Shown in pieces: positions 27,791-36,751 of a stretch of 64,000 nt of DNA; positions within the stretch are counted from its first letter, which is position 1, and each line of letters opens with the position of its first letter. The notes beneath the pieces were generated by a model. The model worked only from the letters and a program-made list of their open reading frames with translations, did no database searches and had not been told where the DNA came from. Origin of the DNA: an uncultured delta proteobacterium (GTDB taxonomy: Bacteria > Desulfobacterota > Syntrophorhabdia > Syntrophorhabdales > WCHB1-27); the NCBI GenBank assembly GCA_963733345.1, contig CAVTDX010000109.1:1786-65785 (forward strand), given 5' to 3'. The position numbers and the translations under genes were made by a program.

Positions 27791-28321
27791 ATGATCGATA
27801 TCGTGCGAACAAGGCGGAGCATCAGGAAGTACGAAAAGGGGCCCATCGACCCGCAATCCGTCGAATTGATGAAAGAGGCCCTGCTCCGGTGTCCCTCCTC
27901 CCGCGGCAGGAATCCCTGGACGTTCATATTCATCGACGATAGGGATACGCTCGCAAGGTTGTCGGAGACGAGAGAAGGCGCCGGGTTCCTCAGGGACGCC
28001 GCCCTCGGCATTGTCGTCTGCGGAGACGAGTCGGCGTCCGATGTCTGGATCGAGGATTGCTCAATTGCGGCAATAGTTGTCCAACTCACTGCCCACTCGC
28101 TCGGGCTTGGAAGCTGCTGGATCCAGATCAGAAACAGGTCTCATTCGGCGGAAAAAACCGCTGAAGAGCATGTGCGTGAAACCCTTGACATACCGGACGC
28201 CATCCGCGTGGGCTGCATCGTCAGCATAGGGCGCCCGGCCGAAGTCAAGGCCCCCAGGACCGCCGGAGAGCTCGATTACGGGAAGATACACTATAATCGA
28301 TACCGGGGTAATGCGCCCTAA
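27791..28321 (+). CDS. Nitroreductase-family protein
   Basis: IVRTRRSIRKYEKGPI..P.S.G.NPW.FI.. and ..AAI..QL.AHSLGLGSCWI. Confidence 0.85.
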   Translation: MIDIVRTRRSIRKYEKGPIDPQSVELMKEALLRCPSSRGRNPWTFIFIDDRDTLARLSETREGAGFLRDAALGIVVCGDESASDVWIEDCSIAAIVVQLTAHSLGLGSCWIQIRNRSHSAEKTAEEHVRETLDIPDAIRVGCIVSIGRPAEVKAPRTAGELDYGKIHYNRYRGNAP

Positions 28322-28481
28322 AGCAAAGAAAGACCAAAAGCTCCGTGATAGTCCTGTTTTAGGACAGCGCCGTCCCGGCATCGCCCAGTCCGACGCCGTT
28401 CCAGATTTTCTAATAAATATCTTAGAACGACCCTTGTCAACCACTTTTCCGAAAATTACATTGATTTAGATGTCGTATTAC

Positions 28482-28510
28482 TTGACAGATGGGGCGAAAC
28501 AAGTTACGAT
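28482..28510 (+). promoter_or_regulatory. Sigma70-like promoter
   Basis: TTGACA (28482-28487), 17 nt spacer, TACGAT (28505-28510). 57 nt upstream of ATG 28568. Confidence 0.45.
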
Positions 28511-28567
28511 TTGATGTGGGCGTATATCATCGCCACCGGTTCTAAAAATTAAAGGAGGAGGTAAGGA

Positions 28568-28912
28568 ATGAAAAGAGGATTGTATGTGGTTGCGCTTCTG
28601 TTTTTCGCGTTGTTCATGGTCGGTCAGGTCATGGCCCAAGGGAGCGCGGTTGGCTACGACAAGGCGGCCTTCCAGAAGTCCATGGACGCGGCCAAGGAAA
28701 TGCAGTTAGAAGGCACGGTCGTAAGCCACGATCCCATGTGCCACTGCGTCGTGGTGAAGACGGCGAAGGGGGAGCTGACCCTTCTGGATGACTATGCCAA
28801 GTTCATGCAGGAATACGATCAGGCAAAGGGTCTCAAGGTCGGCGCCAAGGTGAAAGGCGTTTTCAAGACAGTGAGCCATATCCATTATCTCACATCCATC
28901 AGCTACGAATAG
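28568..28912 (+). CDS. Small secreted protein of unknown function
   Basis: AGGAGGAGG RBS. Signal peptide MKRGLYVVALLFFALFMVGQVMAQG. Followed by a strong terminator. Confidence 0.7.
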   Translation: MKRGLYVVALLFFALFMVGQVMAQGSAVGYDKAAFQKSMDAAKEMQLEGTVVSHDPMCHCVVVKTAKGELTLLDDYAKFMQEYDQAKGLKVGAKVKGVFKTVSHIHYLTSISYE

Positions 28913-28942
28913 GAAGTAATTTCAGATCGCGGGGTCGACAAA

Positions 28943-28982
28943 GCATGCAAAGAAGGGAGGGCGTCCTCCCTTTTTTGCATGC
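28943..28982 (+). terminator. Rho-independent terminator (18-bp stem with 1 mismatch)
   Basis: GCATGCAAAGAAGGGAGG gcgt CCTCCCTTTTTTGCATGC. The inner GGGAGG/CCTCCC stem is followed by T6. Confidence 0.75.
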
Positions 28983-29033
28983 GTCGGCGTAATTTGGCAA
29001 GAGTCCGCCCACGTAAAAACTTTCACAAATAGT

Positions 29034-29063
29034 TTGACACGTCATTTTCTCCTATGCTATATT
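29034..29063 (+). promoter_or_regulatory. Sigma70 promoter with an extended -10
   Basis: TTGACA (29034-29039), 18 nt spacer, TGcTATATT (-10 at 29058-29063). About 180-nt leader before ATG 29244. Confidence 0.45.
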
Positions 29064-29243
29064 CCAGCCGGGGGGATGATCGAGCATTTTCAATGAGAAT
29101 CTGCCAGGTTCTCAGCGCTTTCACCCCTTGGGCAAGCCGGAACGACTCTTTTACTTGAAATCCTGATTGTCCTTCCGTCGTGTCGCTGCAGTGAAGCTCG
29201 TGCTGTGTTTCACAATATTTTATAGAGGGAGGGAATCATTGCA

Positions 29244-29792
29244 ATGGAAGCGGAAAAACTAGGAAATCCGGCGCCCATCGGTCTGGCGGGCTTCGGGATG
29301 ACGACGATCCTCTTGAATATCCATAACACCGGTTTGTTTCCCCTTGGCTCCATGGTTCTTGCGATGGGATTATGCTATGGGGGGGTTGCCCAGATCATCG
29401 CAGGGATCCTGGAGTTCAAGAGAGGCAACACCTTCGGCCTGACTGCCTTCGTCTCTTACGGCTTCTTCTGGCTGAGCCTTGTCTTTATCATTGTCTTCAA
29501 GGACATCCCCGCAGTCCCGGCCGGGTTTATGGGTTGGTATCTCTTCCTTTGGGGGGTCTTCACCTTTTTCATGTGGTTCGGCGCCTGGGGAAAGAACAGG
29601 GTGATCCAGTATGTATTTCTCAGCCTCACCGTGCTTTACGGCCTCCTCGCCGCCGCAGAGTGGACGGGCAGCAGCGCCCTGGGCATCATCGCCGGCTGGG
29701 AAGGCATCACTTGCGGCGCCGCCGCCCTTTACCTTGCCATGGCGGAGATGCTCAACGAGACCCACGGCAGAAACGTGCTGCCCATAGGCTAG
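29244..29792 (+). CDS. GPR1/FUN34/YaaH-family acetate/succinate transporter (SatP-like)
   Basis: LGNPAPIGLAGFGMTT (NPAPLGL signature). Six TM segments. ..YGFFW.. family pattern. Confidence 0.85.
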   Translation: MEAEKLGNPAPIGLAGFGMTTILLNIHNTGLFPLGSMVLAMGLCYGGVAQIIAGILEFKRGNTFGLTAFVSYGFFWLSLVFIIVFKDIPAVPAGFMGWYLFLWGVFTFFMWFGAWGKNRVIQYVFLSLTVLYGLLAAAEWTGSSALGIIAGWEGITCGAAALYLAMAEMLNETHGRNVLPIG

Positions 29793-30514
29793 GCGTAGAT
29801 ATTCAACGGAGAGGAGAGCGCTTCATTTGCACTCGCGGCTCGTCCCTCGGCGCCTTTTCGGCGGCTTTCCATTCTTCTGGTCTGTCCCAGGCCTTCGTCC
29901 GTATGAAGGCCCGTGCCGCAGTAGAATGCGAAATCGACGAGCGCGTTGAAGAGGCCGATCTCCTGCTCGGTCCGCCCCTTCTCCATCTCCAGGCAGACCC
30001 ACCCTTCGGCCCCGGCTTCCGTTGATGCGGCTGCGCAGGAGATCTTGAAATCGGTCACGCGCAGGCGCCGTACGACCTCTTCCGTCGGGGGGAGGCGCTG
30101 GGGCGAAAAGGCGTCCCAGATTTCACGGTACCGGGCAAAGATCGCCCCGGTCACAGGAAAGGGGACGCGCTCTCCCCGGACCTCGACAATTGTGGGCGAG
30201 GCAAACCGCAGGGCGGCAACCCGCCTGGCGCGGTCCGCGTCCGCAAGAAGCTTTTCGTAGTCGGCCTCTCTCACCTCATCGTCCGCGCCGGATGCGAGCG
30301 TCGCTTCCCCGGCGCGCGCCATCTCTCTTACCATGGGCATGAGCGCCCCCTGCGACAGCTCTGTGGCGCGCACGCGGATGCCGCCTGTCTTTAGCTTGTG
30401 GGCAAAAGAAAACGTGTAGGGTTTTATGGCGCGGTCCCGGCACCTGTTCCGGACCGCGTCCCTGAGGGAGAAAAAGGCTTCGCTACTCGTGTAGATGACG
30501 GCGGACAGGGGCAT
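29789..30514 (-). CDS. Cas6-like RAMP-family protein (orphan; no CRISPR array or other cas genes in the window)
   Basis: IKPYTFSF (kpftfS motif), LRFASPTIVEVRGERVPFPVTGAIFARYREIWDAF, and C-terminal glycine-rich loop FAFYCGTGLHTDEGLGQ. Overlaps the nrdG 3' end by 32 nt. Confidence 0.5.
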   Translation of the reverse strand: MPLSAVIYTSSEAFFSLRDAVRNRCRDRAIKPYTFSFAHKLKTGGIRVRATELSQGALMPMVREMARAGEATLASGADDEVREADYEKLLADADRARRVAALRFASPTIVEVRGERVPFPVTGAIFARYREIWDAFSPQRLPPTEEVVRRLRVTDFKISCAAASTEAGAEGWVCLEMEKGRTEQEIGLFNALVDFAFYCGTGLHTDEGLGQTRRMESRRKGAEGRAASANEALSSPLNIYA

Positions 30515-31208
30515 TATCTTCCAGGATCCCGGCGACGGTCTCCCTCACGGCTTTCATTTTTTCCGGAGAAAACGGTTGTATGCTTGCGAATTTCTCGTTG
30601 AGCGTCTCTCTGGGGATAAACTGCTGGAGGAAAAAGCGGCGGGCCGGCCAGAGCTCTCGGGCCGTCCGGCAGGCGTCCTCTTCGTGGTGCAGAAAAGGCA
30701 CAAGGGTCATCCTGAATTCGTAGTCCACTCGCCCCTCCAGGATAAACTCAATGCTCTCCCTGATCTTTTTCCTGTCAACCCTGCATCCGCACCATCTCTC
30801 GTAGGCGTCGAGCGGCCCCTTCACATCCATGGCTATATAGTCGATCAGTCCCGCGTCGACAAGCCCCTTGACCACCTCCGGCCGTGAGCCGTTCGTGTCG
30901 AGCTTTACCTTGAATCCCCGATTCTTCAGGGTCTCGACGGCGGCGAACAGGCCCTTGTGTATGGTGGGCTCTCCCCCGCTGACCACCGCCCGGTCGATCC
31001 ATTCACGGAACTTTCCCAACCGCCCGAGAATATAGTCAAAAGGTATGTCCTCCATCGACCGATGAAAGAGCACGAGGCTCCTGTTGTGGCAAAAAGGGCA
31101 CCGGAAATTGCAGCCTCCTGAAAAGAGCACCGATGCAAGGCGGGTCTTCCAGTCGATGAAGCTCGTCTCTATGAAGCCCTTGACAGGAAAATCAGGCAGA
31201 ACGGACAA
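30483..31208 (-). CDS. nrdG: Anaerobic ribonucleotide reductase activating protein (radical SAM, NrdG-type)
   Basis: SFIDW..LASVLFSGGCNFRCPFCHN (CxxxCxxC cluster). VSGGEPT. Confidence 0.85.
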   Translation of the reverse strand: MSVLPDFPVKGFIETSFIDWKTRLASVLFSGGCNFRCPFCHNRSLVLFHRSMEDIPFDYILGRLGKFREWIDRAVVSGGEPTIHKGLFAAVETLKNRGFKVKLDTNGSRPEVVKGLVDAGLIDYIAMDVKGPLDAYERWCGCRVDRKKIRESIEFILEGRVDYEFRMTLVPFLHHEEDACRTARELWPARRFFLQQFIPRETLNEKFASIQPFSPEKMKAVRETVAGILEDNAPVRRHLHE

Positions 31209-31455
31209 CAGTTAGCACCTCTTCCATTCTGGGAACATCGCCCCGCCATTCCCCTATGCCGTTTTCCATCGTGTCTTCCACAAGCACCGTAGGCAGCGAC
31301 ATGACGCTGTAGAAGCTTGCCTCGGCCAGCCCGTCCGCCGTCCCCACGTTGTAGGCGACGACGTTCACGTCCCTCGCCATCAATCCGTCTTTCAGCTGTT
31401 TCGCCAACGGGCACTTCGGGCAATCGTCTTTGTAGAAAATCTTTACCGTTCCCAT
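31192..31455 (-). CDS. Glutaredoxin/thioredoxin-like protein (CPKC active site)
   Basis: 87 aa: VKIFYKDDCPKCP..SLPTVLV. AAGGAGAG RBS. Lies between nrdD and nrdG. Confidence 0.75.
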   Translation of the reverse strand: MGTVKIFYKDDCPKCPLAKQLKDGLMARDVNVVAYNVGTADGLAEASFYSVMSLPTVLVEDTMENGIGEWRGDVPRMEEVLTVVRSA

Positions 31456-31481
31456 CCTTTTCTCTCCTTTACGGTAAATCT

Positions 31482-31534
31482 GGAGGGGTGTCCCCCCAAC
31501 CGATTTCGATGGCGAGAGGAGTGTCCCCCCAACC
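31482..31534. repeat. REP-like cluster 2: two units in direct orientation in the nrdD-grx intercistronic spacer
   Basis: GGAGGGGTGTCCCCCCAACC (31482-31501) and GGCGAGAGGAGTGTCCCCCCAACC (31511-31534). Confidence 0.9.
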
Positions 31535-31548
31535 CTTCCCTTGAAAAA

Positions 31549-33633
31549 TCAGACAGCCTTTCTTTGGTGCTCGCCCGAGAAGAACTCGCCGTTGCGGTAG
31601 CGGTCTTTCAGCTCTCCCAGCTTGCCTTTGTTCCAGCTCGACACCTTGGTAAAATAACCGGTAATCCTCGTGATGCCGTCCACCTCGTGGGAGCGGCAGT
31701 GAGGGCACGCGTCGGACAGCCCCCGGGATGTCCGGTTGCATGCGTTGCATATGGTGAACTCCGGCGAAAACGCGATCTGATCGCTCGAGGTAAGTCTGAA
31801 GGTCTTTGAGACGAAATCGGCGACCGCCTCTTTCGACGGCATCGACTCCCCGATCCAGACGTGAGAAATTGAACCGGCCTCTATCAAGGGGTGAAAGAGG
31901 CCCTCGTTGGTCACCCTTTCGATGGGATTCATCGGCGTCGAAACGTTCAGGTGCGTGGAGTTCGTATAGTAAACCTCGCCGGAAGAGATATCGCCTTTGA
32001 CGGTTTTTCCCGAAGAGGGAGAGAAATAATGGAGGTCGAGCTTTGCGAACCGGTAGCTCGTGCTCTCCGCAGGGGTCTGCTCCAGAACGAGCCTCATGTT
32101 CTCCTGTCTCTTCATCTTATCCGCCAGGAGCTTCAGGTGCGCAATGATCTTCAGGCCGAACTTGAGGGCCTTCTTCGACTCGTGCATCTCCTCGCCCGCG
32201 TGGATCTGCACCATCTCGTTGAGGCCAACCATTCCCACCAGATGGGAAGCCCTGTTCATCCTGAGGTACGGCATGCCGTCGCGGTTCATGGTGAGGAGCG
32301 ACAGGGGTCCGTCTTCTCCCGTCGAGAGAAGCCTCTCTATGAAATTTCGCTTCTCTTTGTGGGCCTTCACGGCAAGCAGGAACCTCTCCGTGAGCAGGTT
32401 GAAAAGACGCGCGTCGCCGCCGGACGCCTGGTGGGCGATGCGCGGAAGATTCAAAGATACGTTCTGCAGGGCGGAATAGCGCATCCGCCACGGTTCTCTC
32501 GCATCGAGGAGATCGAACTCGTCCAGCTTGAAGCTCAACCGGCAGCACTCCGATATCTTGGCTGTTTCGCCCCTGTCGAAAACGAAGTAGGTATTCCCCT
32601 TGTCCGCGGCGACGTCTGAGATATGGTCCAGAAAGTCGTCATGGCCCTCGGTCCTGAAGAATTTTTCCGTGATGTGGACGAGCGGCTTCGGGAAGAAGAA
32701 AGGACGCCCGGCGCCGTCCCCGTCCTTGAAGACCTCGAACAGCTTCCAGACGAAGCGCTGCGCCTCCTTCTCGTACTCGCCGTAAGTTTTGCCCGTGAAG
32801 ACGCCGCCCGGTCCTATGGCCGGGACCCCGGCAAAGTGCTTCGGGATCTCCCAGTAGAGGTTGATGTCCGTGAAGATCGCCTGGCCGCCTCTGGCCACCG
32901 CCTGCTGCGAAAACTCGAAAATGAGCATCTGGGCGAGCTGCTGCACCTCGTTGTCGCTCATCCCCTCCAGGTAGGGCGCAAAAAAGATGTTGATGGCGTC
33001 CCAGCCTATGGCGCCGGCGAAATTGCTCTGAAGGGCTGCGGCAAACTTCACCAGGTGGGCGAGGAGCACTTCCGCGTGCTTCGCGGGTTTCGCCATGGAA
33101 AGCGAGTGGGGAAGATTGAGGCCGAATTTCTTGATGTACTCGAGGGACTGGCCGCTGCAGTAAGGTCTGTCTATGAAGCCGAGATCGTGGAGGTGGATGT
33201 CGCCGTTCATATGCGCGTCGGCCACATCCTGGGAAAAGACCGAGAGGAGGGCGTACTCCTTTTTTATCCTTTCGGCTAACGTGAGATTGGTCGCTTCCGG
33301 CCCGTGGGGGACGTTCGCATTTTCCTTGTTCTGATGGAGGATAAGGTTGTCCACGTCGTAGATCGGCATGCCGAGCCGCGTATGCATCCTCCGGGCATTC
33401 TCCAGGCCCTTCTCGACGAGTTTTGCGTTGACGAGCTCCCTGATCAGCGGGGCCGTCGCCATCTTGATGCCCGACTTCATGATCAGGTCCTCGACGCCGC
33501 TGCTGATGGAGAGCGCCGTATCCCGGTCGATCATCGTCTCCCTCATGAGGGCGTCGACTATCCTTGCGCGGTCCCACTCGGAAATGGTCTCTTCAGAAGT
33601 GCGTACGAAAAGGTTCAGGTCGGTCGTCTCCAT
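31549..33633 (-). CDS. nrdD: Anaerobic ribonucleoside-triphosphate reductase (class III)
   Basis: N-terminal ATP-cone-like region, C-terminal CNAC..C..C zinc site, and glycyl-radical motif TRITGYF. 694 aa. Confidence 0.95.
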   Translation of the reverse strand: METTDLNLFVRTSEETISEWDRARIVDALMRETMIDRDTALSISSGVEDLIMKSGIKMATAPLIRELVNAKLVEKGLENARRMHTRLGMPIYDVDNLILHQNKENANVPHGPEATNLTLAERIKKEYALLSVFSQDVADAHMNGDIHLHDLGFIDRPYCSGQSLEYIKKFGLNLPHSLSMAKPAKHAEVLLAHLVKFAAALQSNFAGAIGWDAINIFFAPYLEGMSDNEVQQLAQMLIFEFSQQAVARGGQAIFTDINLYWEIPKHFAGVPAIGPGGVFTGKTYGEYEKEAQRFVWKLFEVFKDGDGAGRPFFFPKPLVHITEKFFRTEGHDDFLDHISDVAADKGNTYFVFDRGETAKISECCRLSFKLDEFDLLDAREPWRMRYSALQNVSLNLPRIAHQASGGDARLFNLLTERFLLAVKAHKEKRNFIERLLSTGEDGPLSLLTMNRDGMPYLRMNRASHLVGMVGLNEMVQIHAGEEMHESKKALKFGLKIIAHLKLLADKMKRQENMRLVLEQTPAESTSYRFAKLDLHYFSPSSGKTVKGDISSGEVYYTNSTHLNVSTPMNPIERVTNEGLFHPLIEAGSISHVWIGESMPSKEAVADFVSKTFRLTSSDQIAFSPEFTICNACNRTSRGLSDACPHCRSHEVDGITRITGYFTKVSSWNKGKLGELKDRYRNGEFFSGEHQRKAV

Positions 33634-33687
33634 GGTCTCTCCCTTTGCGTTTCTCCCTCGTTATCGTAACTGTCCAGAAGTACTAAG

Positions 33688-33735
33688 AATACTATATATT
33701 GTGCTCCTTGTCGATGCCGCCACCATATATAGTGG
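33688..33735 (-). promoter_or_regulatory. Two NrdR boxes spaced 32 bp centre to centre
   Basis: Minus strand: CCACTATATATGGTGG (33735-33720) and CACAATATATAGTATT (33703-33688). Both match the acaCwAtATaTwGtgt consensus. Confidence 0.7.
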
Positions 33736-33746
33736 CGCGCAGGTAC

Positions 33747-33775
33747 ATTCTCATCCTTAACGAGGGCATTGTCAA
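33747..33775 (-). promoter_or_regulatory. Sigma70-like promoter of nrdD
   Basis: Minus strand TTGACA (33775-33770), 17 nt spacer, GAGAAT (33752-33747). Immediately upstream of the NrdR boxes. Confidence 0.45.
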
Positions 33776-33819
33776 GAAAAATTTTCTGCTGCCTCTTCTT
33801 TTTTTTCTATCCGTCCCCC

Positions 33820-33900
33820 CCTCCCCCATCTCCCATCTCCCCTCCCCCATCTCCCATCTCCCCTCCCCCATCTCCCATCTCCCCTCCCCCATCCCCCATC
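33820..33900. repeat. 21-bp tandem repeat, 3 perfect copies plus 1 degenerate (C-rich on +, G-rich on -)
   Basis: CCTCCCCCATCTCCCATCTCC at 33820, 33841 and 33862, then CCTCCCCCATCCCCCATC at 33883-33900. Confidence 0.95.
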
Positions 33901-33936
33901 TTAACTTTTTTCTGGCGCCATCGATAAAAATAGCAT

Positions 33937-34755
33937 ATGCATGCCGGACCATTAAGGGACGAACTGCTCGCGAAGGCAGATTCGATGAAGGTTCTGCCAA
34001 GCCTCAACACCGTTGTCGCCGAGGCGCTCCGGGTGATGAACGACAAGGACTCGTCCGTCAATCAGCTCTCCGGCGTGGTCAGATATGATCAGGCCTTTTC
34101 TTCGAAGATCATCGGCATCGCAAATTCCGCCTACTACAGCAGGGGCTGGAGCATCACCAACATCGAGAGGGCCATGTTGACCATAGGCTTCGACGAGGTA
34201 AGGAACATCCTCACGTGTCTCGTCTTTCTCAAGGAGATATTGGGCGGATGGAAGCTGAGCCAGGCGGACCTCGCGGCCCTCTGGACCCATTCTCTTTCCG
34301 TAACCTGTGCGGTGAAAATCCTGGCCTGCAGGACCATGACCGCGGATCCGGAGGAGGCTTTTACCGCGTCGATCCTCCACGACCTGGGCAAGGCGATCTT
34401 CTACGCCTACGGCGAGCCGTACCGGAAGATCATCGAGGAGGCGCGGGCGACGGGGAGGGACATTTGCGCCCTCGAGCGGGAGACCTTCGGCGTCGATCAT
34501 CAGGAGGTCGGCTATCGCATGGCGGTAAGGGGGAGGTTCCCGGAAAAGTTCTCAACGGTCATTCGATCGCACCATGGGAAATCGGAGGCAAGGGAGCCGC
34601 TCCCCGATCTCGTGAGGGTTGCCGACAGGTTCGTGGAGAACCCGGATGCCGATCTCGGGGCTGACGGCATGGTCCTTCGGAGGGAGAAGGACCTGATAAC
34701 CAGCGAAACCAAGAGGATTAGCGAGCTCCTGGGGGTGGTCGATGCAAGAAGGTAA
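33937..34755 (+). CDS. HDOD-domain signalling protein
   Basis: LPSLNTVVAEALRVMNDKDSSVNQLSGVVRYDQAFSSKIIGIANSAYY..HSL..A..ILHDLGK is the HDOD pattern. Confidence 0.8.
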   Translation: MHAGPLRDELLAKADSMKVLPSLNTVVAEALRVMNDKDSSVNQLSGVVRYDQAFSSKIIGIANSAYYSRGWSITNIERAMLTIGFDEVRNILTCLVFLKEILGGWKLSQADLAALWTHSLSVTCAVKILACRTMTADPEEAFTASILHDLGKAIFYAYGEPYRKIIEEARATGRDICALERETFGVDHQEVGYRMAVRGRFPEKFSTVIRSHHGKSEAREPLPDLVRVADRFVENPDADLGADGMVLRREKDLITSETKRISELLGVVDARR

Positions 34756-36751
34756 TCTTCCGGCCGAGTCGCTGCTCTTTCAGTGGAATTTTTTTGAAAG
34801 GGCCATCAGCAACTATTCCATCATCATAAAGATGTTCCAGCACATGGAGGGCGAGACGGACCTCCTGGCCCACATGCCGAGGATATTCGTCGAGGAGACG
34901 ATCTTCGACGCTTGCGAGCTGGTCATGAGGGGTGAGGGCGAGGGGTCTTTCTTCGGCATCAACGGCGCGTTGAAGAGCGTGAGCGGAGACGATCTCGAAC
35001 AGCTCAATGGGCCGATCTTCTCTCCCGCCATCCTGCACCGTGTGTTCGGCTACGGGACCCTCTTTGTCTACCCCCTCAAGCGGAGCATCCATGTCTTCGG
35101 CTACCTTCTCCTGGGGAAAAAGCAGTCGGTCGCCCTCGATGCGAGCATCCTGAGAGACCTGGAGCTTCTTTGCGAGATCCTGAACCGCTTCATACTGCTC
35201 AACATGGGGATCAACGGATTAAAAGAGGCGGAGACCGTCAAGATGCGCCGGCTCGATGCCCGCCTCGCAACGACCAGGACGCTTCTCGAGAATATTATCG
35301 ATCAGTTCCCCTACTCCCTCTTTCTCCTCGACAGGAACGGGGTCGTCTGTTTTGGCAACAAGAAAGCAAGGCTGGAGTTCATGGAGGCGGGGGAGGCAAC
35401 GGGGGAGAAGATCGAGGAGGTAGTCGGCGGCATCGAGAAAGGCTTTCTGGAAAAAGATTTCATGCTCCAGGGGGAATTGCATCACCGGCGCGGAGACGAT
35501 TACAAACTCTACAGCCTGGAGAGCTACCCCATAAAGGACGACAAGGGAAGGGTTGTTTTCAAGAGCCTCGTGCTCAAGGACGTGATCGACGAGAGGGTAG
35601 AGGCAGAGGAGAGCACGTACAGGAGCAGGATGGAGACCATAGGGAAGCTCGCCGGAGGAGTCGCCCACGATTTCAATAACGTGTTGACCGGCATCCTTGG
35701 CTACGCCTCCCTCGTGAAGAGGATGGCGCCCGAGGAGGGGCAGCTCGGCAGGTACGCGGAGACCATCGAAAGCTCTGCCAAGAGGGCGGCCGCGCTGACG
35801 AAACACCTCCTCAATTTTTCGAGGAGGCAAAGGGCAGGGACTATAGATGTCATAGATCTGAACGGTCTGCTCGGCGATGTATTGTTCCTCGTGCGGGAAA
35901 GCTTCAGGACCGTCGCTATAGAACAGCAATTCGACGAGTTTTTGCCGCCGGTCAAGGGCGACCCGGGGCAACTGCAGCATACCTTTCTCAATTTGTGCAT
36001 CAACGCGAAGGACGCCATGGGTGAGGGCGGCACTTTGACGATAAGGACCGGAAGGGAGACCTCGGCCGGGGGGCAGCAGTTTGCCGTCGTCAAGATTCAC
36101 GATACGGGTCCGGCTATCGATGAGGAAGTGAAAAATAAGGTCTTCGAGCCCTTCTATACGACGAAAACGGAGGGCCGGAAGCTGGGCATGGGACTCTATC
36201 TGGTCCAGAAGGCGGTCAGGAGCCACGGCGGATTCATCGAGCTGGAAAGCGCGAAGGGGCAGGGAACCACCTTCACCCTCTATTTTCCCTGCGCGAAGGG
36301 TGAAAAGGAGTCGCCTCCCCCAGCCGAGGCGCCCGCGAAGGCCGTCGGAAAAAGGACCGTCCTCGTGGCGGACGACGAGGAGGCGGCGAGGGGATTCCTC
36401 GCACGGGCGCTTTCCCAGGAAGGTGCTGAGGTGCTGCAGGCGGAGAATGGGGCCGAAGCCCTCGCCATCTTTGAAGGAAGGGCGGAATCGATAGACCTGG
36501 TGGTCCTCGATATGATAATGCCTGGCATGAAGGGAGAGGAGGCGCTGGAAAGACTGAGGGACCGGCGCCATTCCGTGAAGGTCGTTATATCGAGCGGTTT
36601 CATGAGTGAAGAGCAGCGGGAAAAGCTGAAGGAACTCGGGGTCCAGGGCTTTCTCGACAAGCCTTACGGCGAGATGGAGGCGGTCGGCATGGTCAGGTCC
36701 ATGTTCGCCGACTCCGGGGACGACCGCACGGGACTCGACTCGACAAGATAG
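34742..36751 (+). CDS. Hybrid sensor histidine kinase/response regulator (PAS-like, HisKA, HATPase_c, REC)
   Basis: H-box LAGGVAHDFNNVLTGI, N-box LNLCINAKDAM, G-boxes HDTGPAI / GMGLYLV, and receiver VLVADDEE..VLDMIMPGM.G. Confidence 0.9.
   Translation: MQEGNLPAESLLFQWNFFERAISNYSIIIKMFQHMEGETDLLAHMPRIFVEETIFDACELVMRGEGEGSFFGINGALKSVSGDDLEQLNGPIFSPAILHRVFGYGTLFVYPLKRSIHVFGYLLLGKKQSVALDASILRDLELLCEILNRFILLNMGINGLKEAETVKMRRLDARLATTRTLLENIIDQFPYSLFLLDRNGVVCFGNKKARLEFMEAGEATGEKIEEVVGGIEKGFLEKDFMLQGELHHRRGDDYKLYSLESYPIKDDKGRVVFKSLVLKDVIDERVEAEESTYRSRMETIGKLAGGVAHDFNNVLTGILGYASLVKRMAPEEGQLGRYAETIESSAKRAAALTKHLLNFSRRQRAGTIDVIDLNGLLGDVLFLVRESFRTVAIEQQFDEFLPPVKGDPGQLQHTFLNLCINAKDAMGEGGTLTIRTGRETSAGGQQFAVVKIHDTGPAIDEEVKNKVFEPFYTTKTEGRKLGMGLYLVQKAVRSHGGFIELESAKGQGTTFTLYFPCAKGEKESPPPAEAPAKAVGKRTVLVADDEEAARGFLARALSQEGAEVLQAENGAEALAIFEGRAESIDLVVLDMIMPGMKGEEALERLRDRRHSVKVVISSGFMSEEQREKLKELGVQGFLDKPYGEMEAVGMVRSMFADSGDDRTGLDSTR

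Noticed and set aside
33699-34088. ORF encoding PSPISHL heptad repeats across the 21-bp tandem array
   Set aside because: It overlaps the real HDOD gene start out of frame and has no RBS. Its repeat peptide is just the translation of the DNA repeat.
35219-36571. 450-aa antisense ORF inside the hybrid kinase. Similar long shadows occur at 16904..17935(-), 38863..39969(-), 46433..47446(-), 50741..51670(-), 32639..33577(-), 52582..53445(-) and 13611..14444(-).
   Set aside because: Typical stop-poor antisense or off-frame ORFs of high-GC DNA. They have Arg/Pro/Gly-rich composition, and each overlaps a gene with strong family signatures on the other strand or frame.
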